A program made the translations under genes and the position numbers. Below, piece after piece: positions 21,147-29,200 of a DNA stretch of 39,468 nt. Below the pieces are notes generated by a model. It saw only the letters and a program-made list of their open reading frames with translations, did no database searches and was not told the origin of the DNA. The stretch's first letter is position 1, and every line of letters begins with the position of its first letter. The stretch is from Chthoniobacteraceae bacterium (GTDB taxonomy: Bacteria > Verrucomicrobiota > Verrucomicrobiia > Chthoniobacterales > Chthoniobacteraceae): positions 1 to 39,468 of the forward strand of contig JBEBGD010000045.1 in NCBI GenBank assembly GCA_040081625.1, written 5' to 3'.

Positions 21147-21883
21147 CGCGAGGCGTCGGCGGCGTTGGTGTCCTTGATCGTCGTCCGGTGCGGCCCCTCC
21201 ACGCGCATGCGGCCGTTGCGGTTGAGGGTCATCACCGTCTCCTCGGACTGCGCGACGCACAGGTTGATTCCTTGCTGCACGCTCGGATTGCCCGTCAGCA
21301 CGATGTCGCCGGTCTTCGTGTCGTAAACCGCCTTCTTCGCCCGCCCGACGTTCTTCGTGATGCTGCCGTCGGACTCGAACTTGTCCTGCGTGATGAACAC
21401 CTCTTTGCCGGGGTTGGACTCGGCGATCGCGTGATCCAATCCGCCACCCACGCTCTCCGCAGGTGCGGCGTCTGCCTGTTTCGGCTCAGGCTCAGTTGGC
21501 GGTTCATTCGCGGCCGTCGCCTTCGGCGGAGCCTTCTCGGCCGGCGTGCCTTTGCTATTCTTGAGGTGTGCGGTGAGTCGGTCGCATTTCACGGAAAACT
21601 CCGGATCGATCACCACGACGTCGCCGATGAACACCGCCTGCCGGTTCTTCTGATCGAAGGTGGACATGAGTGCCGTGATCTCGGTCTGCCCCTTCGCCTT
21701 CTTCTCGGTCTTCGGCGCTTTTGCCGGCGCGAGCGGCGTGCCCTCGAAGCCGAGTTGCGGACCCTTGCGGCCACCGAATACGTCGAGCCGCGGCAGCTTT
21801 TGATCGTCGCCCGACTGGCCGACAGCAGTGCCGCCACCGAGCAGAGCGGCGGTGACGAGTGACGATACAGCGATCAGTTTCAC
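21143..21883 (-). CDS. lptA: LptA/OstA family protein
   Basis: Signal peptide, AVFIGDVVV, AVYDTKTGDIVLTGNPSV. Located between an lptC-like gene and lptB. Confidence 0.8.
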   Translation of the reverse strand: MKLIAVSSLVTAALLGGGTAVGQSGDDQKLPRLDVFGGRKGPQLGFEGTPLAPAKAPKTEKKAKGQTEITALMSTFDQKNRQAVFIGDVVVIDPEFSVKCDRLTAHLKNSKGTPAEKAPPKATAANEPPTEPEPKQADAAPAESVGGGLDHAIAESNPGKEVFITQDKFESDGSITKNVGRAKKAVYDTKTGDIVLTGNPSVQQGINLCVAQSEETVMTLNRNGRMRVEGPHRTTIKDTNAADASR

Positions 21884-22527
21884 GATCCTTTTTTCCCCGT
21901 GTTGGGCGCGGTGTCGCCGGTTTCTTCGCTAAAGTCGTGGATGATCATTTTGACGTTGCCCTTGACCCAGCCTTGCTTGGTCTCGGTGTTGAATTCCATG
22001 GTGTCTCCGGTGAGTTGAAAGTCGTTCCGCTCCACTGTCACGTTCCGATCGCCTGCGATGACGCGTGTGGCCAGGTTCATCTGCGACGATGGCAGCGTGA
22101 TCGTCATCTCCTTGATCCCGTCCTCGTCATAAGTCTCGATCACCAGATCGCGCATCTTCACGCGGTCGTCGTCGAGTCGCGTTCCAGTCCCGATGCGGAA
22201 AAGCATCGTCTTCTTGCCGGTCGGGTCGGTGTAAGGGATCACAACGCCCTTCGATTCGAGCCCTCTCGGAAGCGGCAACGTCAGGCGGGTCGGCTTCGGC
22301 GTGGTCTCGGGCGCCGGTGGCGTCTCCGGTGCCGGTGTCGCGCGGGCAGGCGCGGGTGTCGCGGTCGGCACTTTTGCCACCGGCTTCTTCGTCGGGGTCG
22401 CGGCTTTCTTCGCAGTCGTCGCCTTCTTCGGCGTGGATTTCCCCTTCACTGGTTTCTCCGCCGCGACCGCACTCAGGCCGAGCGCCGCGCACGCAGTGAG
22501 CACGAGAATCTTACGCGAGGAGAGCAT
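21880..22527 (-). CDS. lptC: LptC-like LPS export protein
   Basis: N-terminal hydrophobic segment, Lys/Pro-rich linker, beta-jellyroll-like LTGDTMEFNTETKQGWVKGNVKM. Operon position fits lptC. Confidence 0.7.
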   Translation of the reverse strand: MLSSRKILVLTACAALGLSAVAAEKPVKGKSTPKKATTAKKAATPTKKPVAKVPTATPAPARATPAPETPPAPETTPKPTRLTLPLPRGLESKGVVIPYTDPTGKKTMLFRIGTGTRLDDDRVKMRDLVIETYDEDGIKEMTITLPSSQMNLATRVIAGDRNVTVERNDFQLTGDTMEFNTETKQGWVKGNVKMIIHDFSEETGDTAPNTGKKGS

Positions 22528-23329
22528 TGATGGACCGCAACTGTGACAGCAGCCGCGGAAGTTCCGCCAGCGGAATCTGATTCGGTCCGTCGCTCAACGC
22601 CTCCGCCGGATTCTCGTGCGTCTCGATGAAAACGCCGTCGCATCCCGCCGCCATCGCCGCGCGCGCGAGGACCGGCGCCAGCACTCCGTCGCCGCTCGTC
22701 TTGTCCCCGCCGCCGCCCGGACGCTGCACCGAGTGCGTCGCATCGAAGACCACCGGGTAACCCATCTCGCGGATCCAGTAGAGCGAGCGCATGTCGGCCA
22801 CGAGATTGTTGTAGCCGAAGGTCGTCCCGCGCTCGGTGAAGAAATACCGCGCGCATCCGAATGCCGTGAGCTTGTCCGCGATGTTCTTCACCTCCCACGG
22901 CGAGAGGAACTGCCCCTTCTTCACGTTCACCACGCGCCCCGTGTTCGCCGCCGCATGGATGAGATCCGTCTGCCGGCAGAGGAAGGCGGGGATTTGCAAA
23001 ATGTCGATGAACTCCGCCGCGGCCCTTGCGTCCTCGGGCGAGTGGACATCCGTCGTCACCGGCACCCCCAGTTCCGCGCCGATGCGCTGCAAAAGCCGGC
23101 ACCCCTCCTCGAGCCCCACGCCGCGAAACGACTTCGACGAAGTGCGGTTCGCCTTGTCGTAGCTCGCCTTGAAAACAAACTGCACGCCGACTTCATGGGC
23201 GATCTCCCGCAGCCGCCGCGCGATGCGCCACGTGAACTCCTCGCTCTCGATCACGCACGGCCCGAGGATGAAAAGCGGTTCGCCAGCGCCGAAAGTCCAC
23301 GGCCCGATCTCGAAGCTCATCCGGTTCAT
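22511..23329 (-). CDS. kdsA: KDO 8-phosphate synthase
   Basis: GPCVIES, KASYDKANRTS, IPAFLCRQTDL, KKGQFL, DATHSVQ, SDGPNQ. Confidence 0.97.
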   Translation of the reverse strand: MNRMSFEIGPWTFGAGEPLFILGPCVIESEEFTWRIARRLREIAHEVGVQFVFKASYDKANRTSSKSFRGVGLEEGCRLLQRIGAELGVPVTTDVHSPEDARAAAEFIDILQIPAFLCRQTDLIHAAANTGRVVNVKKGQFLSPWEVKNIADKLTAFGCARYFFTERGTTFGYNNLVADMRSLYWIREMGYPVVFDATHSVQRPGGGGDKTSGDGVLAPVLARAAMAAGCDGVFIETHENPAEALSDGPNQIPLAELPRLLSQLRSINALLA

Positions 23330-23613
23330 TGCTGGCCTCCGGTGGCCTCCACGAACTTGAGCCGCAGCTCCGCGAGTGTCGTGTCGAGCACGCGCTCCTC
23401 GTCCGCCGAGAGATTCCCCCGCGTCTTCTCGCGGATCATCCCGAGTTGATCGATGAAGGCCTTCGCCAGCGCGGTGTTTGGCGGCGGCGCATTCGGCGGC
23501 GCGCTCGGATGCGCGCCCAGCGCAAAGAGCGTCTGCTGGTGCTGCATCATCACAAACTGGATGAAGAGCTGCGTCATCTCGCCGGACTGGTCGGTCTTTT
23601 GCACTTGGGGCAT
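23326..23613 (-). CDS. DUF1844-like protein
   Basis: LAKAFIDQLGMIREKTRGNLSADEERVL...LRLKFVE. Confidence 0.82.
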   Translation of the reverse strand: MPQVQKTDQSGEMTQLFIQFVMMQHQQTLFALGAHPSAPPNAPPPNTALAKAFIDQLGMIREKTRGNLSADEERVLDTTLAELRLKFVEATGGQQ

Positions 23614-23719
23614 TGCTGAACCGTAGCGGCCGGTCGGCGAATCCGAAATACAAATGCACACCGCGCCACCTTCATTCTTCAAAGATTCAGTGCTGGGATA
23701 AGACCCGGCCCGCGAGTGC

Positions 23720-23747
23720 TTGCGTTGGCGGCTGACTCCGCCATTCT
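23720..23747 (+). promoter_or_regulatory. Putative promoter of the TIR-PFK gene
   Basis: TTGCGT-N16-CATTCT, 9 nt upstream of ATG 23757. Same geometry as other candidates in the window. Confidence 0.35.
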
Positions 23748-23756
23748 CGCGACCGC

Positions 23757-25832
23757 ATGAGCACTCCCGACACGGCTTTTCTCTCCCATTCGAGCGGCGA
23801 TTCGGAGTTTGTTGTCCAAGTAGCCGGATACCTCACCCGCTGTTTCGGAAGAATCTATTGCTATGAGGAGTGGCAGCGTGCCGGAAACGTCGTCGCCAAA
23901 ATGCAGGAAGAATGCGTCGAATCGACATTCCTGATCTTTTTCATCGGGTCGGCTACGAGCGTGAGCAACTGGCAGAGGGAAGAGGTCAACGCGGCCCAAA
24001 AACTGGGAAAGAAGTTTGTCGTCGTGCAACTACCCGATGGCGACGGCAATCGGTGTGAGGTTCCCGGGTGGGGAATTTTTACGGGAAACGTCAATGCCAT
24101 CAGAGTCGCGGAGAAAAGCACGGAGGCCGCCCGAAAAGCCGCGGAGGAAATCTGCCGGCGCTGCAATCTCACTTGGCAGGGTGCCGATGGGCTACCCGCG
24201 GAGCCAAATCTATTCAGCTACGAGAAACAGATCATTGATTTTTATGTCCGGCTTCGCTCGGGAAAAATCGACGACCCTGAGCGCGAAGCGGATCGTGAGA
24301 TGGTGCTCAAAGGCTGCTCGCTGCACTGGCCCACAGTGCCGCGACGGGCGGAGACACCGAGCATTGAGAATAAACTCGTTCCTAAGGTCGGAGAGGCGCG
24401 TAAGGACGACGCATGTGTTCGAGTCAAGGCGCTCGAGTCAGCGACCGAGTGCGGCTTGGTGGACTTCACTTTTCCAGAGGCGGGTCCCCGCGAGTATGTC
24501 TGTTTCCCTAAACCAGAGCGTGATCGAATGAAGGTCGCAGTGCTCGTGGTTGGCGGTATCGCGCCCGGCATAAATGCCGTCATTGATGGGATTGTGCAAC
24601 GCCATTACCTCTATGCGACCGAGGGTGGTTACGGCCCGAAGCTCGACATCTACGGACTGCTTAACGGTGTGGAAGCATTCAAAGACTGGGACAACTCTCA
24701 TCGCTTGTTGGTTAACGACTCCGAGCACCACAAAGGAAGAAACCGCCGGCTTGAGACTCCCCAGCACGCACATGAAGGCGGTTCAATTCTCGGCACCTGC
24801 CGCGACGACGAGTTGATCAAGGAGGCTACTCGCCATTTTGAACTCGATCGGGTGGTTAGACGCCTCAACGACCACGACATTCTTTACGTGATTGGCGGCG
24901 ACGGCGGCATGCGGCTCGCGCACGCCATTCGCAGCTACGCCATTCACGCCGGCCGCACCGGAGACCGGGAACTGACCGTCGTTGGGATTCCGAAGACGAT
25001 GGACAACGACATCCTTTGGGTTTGGCAATCGTTTGGCTTTATGTCGGCGGTGGAAAAGGCGCGCGAGGTCATCGAGCATATCCACACCGAGGTTACTTCG
25101 AACCCCCGTCTTGGCATCGTTCAGTTGTTTGGCTCGGTTTCAGGCTTTGTCGTCAGCCACGCTGTCCTGGCCGGCTCAACGCCTGATTGCTATCTGGCCC
25201 TAGTGCCGGAAGTGGCATTTAAACTCCGTGAAGTAGCCGGATACCTAAGAGGCAAGCTGAACAAGCACGCGCCTCTGGTTCGGGGATTAATTGTGATGGC
25301 AGAATCGGCGTTGCCGGAGGACGCGTTGGAGGTTCTCGCCGAACTCCGCGAGGCGCAGGTCCACTCAGGGGCTCATCCAGATCCGATTCTCACCGACGCC
25401 GAAGAGAACGCGGTCAATGCCTACCTCCAGTTGGGCAAGGCTGGCAAGACGCTCAGCGGCCAGACTTCCGATCATCTCCGCACCGCCTGCCTGAAGCTGG
25501 TGAGCAAAGGGCTCGAATTTTTCCTCAAGCGCTACAGCCTCAGAAAAGGCGATGGTTGGGAAAAGTTGCGCGTCGTCACCAACGAGCCACGCCATATTAT
25601 CCGAGCCATTCCACCCAGCTGCCAGGACATTATTACTGGCCGCCGCCTTGGCAGTCTTGCGGTGGACAACGCCATGGCCGGCTACACCGATTTCATGATC
25701 AGCCAGTGGCTGACGGAGTTCGTCCTCGTTCCGCTGCCGCTGGTGATCCTCGGTCGCAAACGGATCCATCGCGACGGCATTTTTTGGAAGTCTGTCCTGG
25801 CTAAGACTGAAAGTTGGGAGTGCTTCCGCTAG
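23757..25832 (+). CDS. TIR domain / 6-phosphofructokinase-family fusion protein (691 aa)
   Basis: N-terminal part: AFLSHSSGD, FLIFFIG, SNWQREEV (TIR). C-terminal part: FPEAGPRE, VVGGIAPGINAVI, GGSILGTCR, IGGDGG, GIPKTMDNDI, SFGF.SAVE, HIIRA (PFK family). Confidence 0.85.
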   Translation: MSTPDTAFLSHSSGDSEFVVQVAGYLTRCFGRIYCYEEWQRAGNVVAKMQEECVESTFLIFFIGSATSVSNWQREEVNAAQKLGKKFVVVQLPDGDGNRCEVPGWGIFTGNVNAIRVAEKSTEAARKAAEEICRRCNLTWQGADGLPAEPNLFSYEKQIIDFYVRLRSGKIDDPEREADREMVLKGCSLHWPTVPRRAETPSIENKLVPKVGEARKDDACVRVKALESATECGLVDFTFPEAGPREYVCFPKPERDRMKVAVLVVGGIAPGINAVIDGIVQRHYLYATEGGYGPKLDIYGLLNGVEAFKDWDNSHRLLVNDSEHHKGRNRRLETPQHAHEGGSILGTCRDDELIKEATRHFELDRVVRRLNDHDILYVIGGDGGMRLAHAIRSYAIHAGRTGDRELTVVGIPKTMDNDILWVWQSFGFMSAVEKAREVIEHIHTEVTSNPRLGIVQLFGSVSGFVVSHAVLAGSTPDCYLALVPEVAFKLREVAGYLRGKLNKHAPLVRGLIVMAESALPEDALEVLAELREAQVHSGAHPDPILTDAEENAVNAYLQLGKAGKTLSGQTSDHLRTACLKLVSKGLEFFLKRYSLRKGDGWEKLRVVTNEPRHIIRAIPPSCQDIITGRRLGSLAVDNAMAGYTDFMISQWLTEFVLVPLPLVILGRKRIHRDGIFWKSVLAKTESWECFR

Positions 25833-26073
25833 TTACGACCACTGCATCGACGACCCCGAAGGCGCTGGAGCGGCGATTCTTCCTCACTGAACTTCAATTC
25901 TGGACCAATCGAGTTGTTGGGAATCGTCGTCCCTCCATTGATTTCGGGCGTGTCTCCGACGTCAGACTCGTGGTCCCACAAGGGCTCACTCCCATTCGGC
26001 TGGCGGCGCGGCTTTGTGGCTGCTCCGGGTTTTCCGACTTGCTCATAGCGCTTTGGTTCCGTGGAGATGATGC

Positions 26074-26511
26074 GTGCCCACGTCCAATGCCTGTGAGATC
26101 TCCACCGACCCTGCACGGCTCGACGTGGAGTTGATCCACGAGTTTCTGCGCGCTTCGTATTGGGCGAAGGACATTCCGCGCGAGGTGGTCGAGCAAGCGA
26201 TCGAAAACTCGCTCTGCTTCGGTGCGTTCGCCGAGGGGCGGCAGGTCGGCTTTGCGCGTGCGGTTACCGATTGCGCGACCTTCGCTTACATCGCCGATGT
26301 CTTCGTCGTGCCTGAGCATCGCGGGCGCGGGGTGGCGAAGGCGCTGATGTCCGCCATTCGCGCGCACCCGCGGCTGCAAGGTCTGCGCCGACTGTTGCTC
26401 GCGACGCACGACGCGCACGGGCTCTACGCGCAATTCGGATTCGAGCCGCTCGCGCACCCGGAGCATCTCATGACGATCCACGACCCGCTCGTGTATCGGC
26501 GCAGCGACTAG
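26074..26511 (+). CDS. GNAT family N-acetyltransferase
   Basis: SYWAKDIP, QVGFARAVTD, DVFVVPEHRGRGVAK, LATHDAHGLYAQFGF. Confidence 0.92.
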   Translation: MPTSNACEISTDPARLDVELIHEFLRASYWAKDIPREVVEQAIENSLCFGAFAEGRQVGFARAVTDCATFAYIADVFVVPEHRGRGVAKALMSAIRAHPRLQGLRRLLLATHDAHGLYAQFGFEPLAHPEHLMTIHDPLVYRRSD

Positions 26512-27353
26512 CCCGGCACCGTCCACCCCTCGCCCGCGCGCAATACGCGATACGGCTGGCCGAGCCGCTCGCACTCGGGGACGAACAGCTCGCGCGGGTC
26601 TGCGGTGTTGAACTCGAACATCTCGTAGTGGCACGGCACGACCCAGCGCGCGCCGATGTCGTGCGCGAGCTGCGCGGCTTCGCACCCGTCGAGGTTGCCG
26701 GCGACGCGGCGCTCGGGATTCGCGCCGTTGATGGGCAGCAAGGCAACGTCGATGCGGAACGGGCGCAGCGTTTCCACCATGCCGGGAAAGAGGAGCGTGT
26801 CGCCGCTGTGGTAGATCGTCCACGCGCCGCACTTCACGACGTAGCCGAGGAAGCCGGGCGCGAGTTCATCGTGCGCGGCCGGGACGGCGTGGAGCGTGAA
26901 CGCGCCGAGCGTGAGCGACTCGCCTGCGTTCATCGTCTGTAGCAACGGCCCTCCGGGCCGTGCACGCCGCAGAGCGGCGTGGCTACAATCGAAGCGTTGC
27001 GCGACGAATGCGCGGTTCGCTTCCGGGATGACGACTCGCGCGTCGGGGTTCGCCGCGAGCAGCGGGCGTAGCGTATCGGCGTCGAGGTGGTCGGTGTGGT
27101 TGTGGCTCGAGGTGATGACGCTGATGCCGCGCAGCCGCTCGGGTGCGATCACGCGGTCGGTCATGCGCACGTGCGGCTTGTCGGTGTGCGCGTATTTGAG
27201 CGTGAGCGAGTCGGAGAGATACGGATCGAAGAGCAGCAACTCGCCGGCGTGGCGCACGAGGAAGCCGCTTTGCCCGAGCCACCACAGGCGCAGATCGCCC
27301 GGCGTCGCGAGGTCGGCGAGGAAGGCGTCGTCGCGGAGCAGCGGTTCAATCAT
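26508..27353 (-). CDS. MBL-fold metallo-hydrolase (UlaG-like)
   Basis: WWLGQSGF, DPYLS, SHNHTDHLD, YHSGDT, LPING, PCHYEMF. Confidence 0.9.
   Translation of the reverse strand: MIEPLLRDDAFLADLATPGDLRLWWLGQSGFLVRHAGELLLFDPYLSDSLTLKYAHTDKPHVRMTDRVIAPERLRGISVITSSHNHTDHLDADTLRPLLAANPDARVVIPEANRAFVAQRFDCSHAALRRARPGGPLLQTMNAGESLTLGAFTLHAVPAAHDELAPGFLGYVVKCGAWTIYHSGDTLLFPGMVETLRPFRIDVALLPINGANPERRVAGNLDGCEAAQLAHDIGARWVVPCHYEMFEFNTADPRELFVPECERLGQPYRVLRAGEGWTVPG
26938..26987. repeat. GTAG-type REP-like double hairpin inside a CDS
   Basis: TGTAGC...GCTACA inverted ends with two internal hairpins, ACGGCCC-TCC-GGGCCGT and CACGCCGC-AGA-GCGGCGTG. Confidence 0.72.
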
Positions 27354-27356
27354 TTA

Positions 27357-27484
27357 GGACAGGATTAACAAGATTGGCAGGATTCACAGGACTATGCGGC
27401 AGGAGTTCCACGTGGCCCTCGCGGGACGTGCGGCTCCGGCGAGGACGTAATCCTGTAATCCAAAAAATCCTGTCAATCCTGTCC
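27357..27484. repeat. Palindromic element with ACAGGATT/AATCCTGT tandem-unit arms
   Basis: Left arm GGACAGGATTAACAAGATT matches the reverse complement of the right arm (GGACAGGATTGACAGGATT) at 17/19 positions. Both arms are built from roughly 9-nt units. Confidence 0.75.
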
Positions 27485-28510
27485 CAACTCCTGTCGCACG
27501 ATCTTCACACCGGCGACCATGTTCGCGAGCTTCTGCTTCGCGGCCCAACGCGCGGTCTGCGAGAGGCCGCAGTCGGGCGCGAACGCGAGGCGCTCGGCGG
27601 GTGCGTGGCGCAGGCAGAGGCGCACGCGCTCGGCGACTTCACTGGGCGGCTCGATGTAGTAGCTCTTCACGTCGATGATGCCGACGGCCACGTCTTTCAC
27701 CTTCGCGATGTCGCCGATGATCGCGATTTCGCTGAACTCGCGACTCGCCATCTCGACATGAATCTCGTCCACGGTGAAGCCGAGGAACGCCGGGAACATC
27801 GGCGCGTAGCGGCGCAGGCCGACGGCGCGGGCTTTGTAATTGCCGAAGCACAGATGGGTGGAGAGCCGGCACTTGCCGACGACGGGCGCGACGGTGCGGT
27901 TGAAGATCTCGACGAAGTGCGCAGGGTCTTCCTTGTGCGCGTAGCAGCTCATCGACGGCTCATCGACGGTGATCTCCGTGCAGCCCGCCTCGACGAGCGC
28001 GACGAGTTCGCGCTGCACGATCGGCAGCAGCGCGTCGGTGAGCGCGAAGCGATCGGGGTATCGTTCGCACGGGAGCAGGCGACCGCTGAGCGTGTAGGGG
28101 CCCGGGACGGACGCTTTCTGCGTGGGATCTGCGGGCGCGAGGCGCTGCAGCCGCTGGAATTCCTCGACGACGCCGAGCCCGCGCGGCGCGCGCAATTCAC
28201 CGGTGACGCCGTGCATCCCGCGCTGGTCGTGCGCGGGCGGTCCCCATCGGCGGGGCGATGCGCCTTCCAGCGCGAGGCCCTCGATGAAGCCGTAGAATGA
28301 GAGGTTGAAGTCGAGCCGCGTCTGCTCGCCATCGGTGATCACGTCGAGCCCGGCGGCAAGTTGATCGTGCAGCGCAGCGATGACTGCGTCGTCCTGCATC
28401 TCGGCGAGGTCGTCCTTCCCAAACTCCCCGAGCCGCGCGCACGCCGACTCGAGCCACGCGGGGAAGGGATAGCTGCCGATGACGGTGGTGCGGAGCGGGT
28501 GCGGTTGCAT
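27473..28510 (-). CDS. Cobalamin-independent methionine synthase II family protein (single catalytic barrel)
   Basis: TTVIGSYP, DVITDGEQ, VDEP, Zn ligands HLC..E..PDCG. Only about 345 aa. Confidence 0.88.
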   Translation of the reverse strand: MQPHPLRTTVIGSYPFPAWLESACARLGEFGKDDLAEMQDDAVIAALHDQLAAGLDVITDGEQTRLDFNLSFYGFIEGLALEGASPRRWGPPAHDQRGMHGVTGELRAPRGLGVVEEFQRLQRLAPADPTQKASVPGPYTLSGRLLPCERYPDRFALTDALLPIVQRELVALVEAGCTEITVDEPSMSCYAHKEDPAHFVEIFNRTVAPVVGKCRLSTHLCFGNYKARAVGLRRYAPMFPAFLGFTVDEIHVEMASREFSEIAIIGDIAKVKDVAVGIIDVKSYYIEPPSEVAERVRLCLRHAPAERLAFAPDCGLSQTARWAAKQKLANMVAGVKIVRQELGQD

Positions 28511-28558
28511 GAGAGCTTGTCGTGCCGGCAGCGGCGCAGGCAAACGGCGCGCGATGAA

Positions 28559-29188
28559 CTATCGTGCAGCCTTCTTTCCGAGCTGGGTTGCCAGCCGGTC
28601 GGTGATCATGCGCGCGGTGCGCGCGGCGTCGTCGCTCACGCCGAGCCGTGCCTGCAGCGCCGCGCTCGGTGCGCTCGAGAATGGGATCGGGTTGGTCGCA
28701 GCACCCGGCATCGAGCCGCTTCCGCCGCTCGTGCGGAACTGCAGAAACGCCTTCCGTGAGGGAAGGCTCTGCACGGAGACATTTGTTTCGAGCTTCGTGC
28801 CGCCCGCGCCGAGGCCGATCGCCATGCGCAGGAAGCGGCTGCCTTCGTTGATGCGCGTGATCTCACCCGTCACGAGCCAGCCGTCGCGCCCTGCTGCAGT
28901 CGGCGACGAGACGCGCGTCGCCGGCGCGACACTTTTGCTGATCTCCGCGACGAGGAAGTCGGCGAGAAGTTGCTGCGCCTCCGCGCCGAGCTTGCCGGGG
29001 TGTTTGCGCATCGGGTGTTCCTTGATGTTCGCGCCCGCGAGCGAAAACGGCGCGACATACACTTTGCGCGGGGCCTTCGTCGTCGCTGCGCCGGCGGGAG
29101 TCGTGTCGGTCACCTTTACCGCAGCGCACGAGCAGAGGCTGAGGGCTGCGATGGCTAGTGCGAGGCGGGGGAGCAGTCGGGCGTTCAT
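28559..29188 (-). CDS. DUF4410-like lipoprotein
   Basis: Lipobox-like signal ending LCSC; GEITRINEGSRFLRMAIGLGAGGTKL. Confidence 0.75.
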   Translation of the reverse strand: MNARLLPRLALAIAALSLCSCAAVKVTDTTPAGAATTKAPRKVYVAPFSLAGANIKEHPMRKHPGKLGAEAQQLLADFLVAEISKSVAPATRVSSPTAAGRDGWLVTGEITRINEGSRFLRMAIGLGAGGTKLETNVSVQSLPSRKAFLQFRTSGGSGSMPGAATNPIPFSSAPSAALQARLGVSDDAARTARMITDRLATQLGKKAAR

Positions 29189-29200
29189 GCCCGATGAGAA

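Noticed and set aside
23818..25246. Exact 16-nt direct repeat AAGTAGCCGGATACCT at 23818-23833 and 25231-25246 inside TIR-PFK
   Set aside because: Both copies encode VAGYL within domains rather than at the fusion junction or islet ends. There is no evidence that it is a target-site duplication or recombination site.
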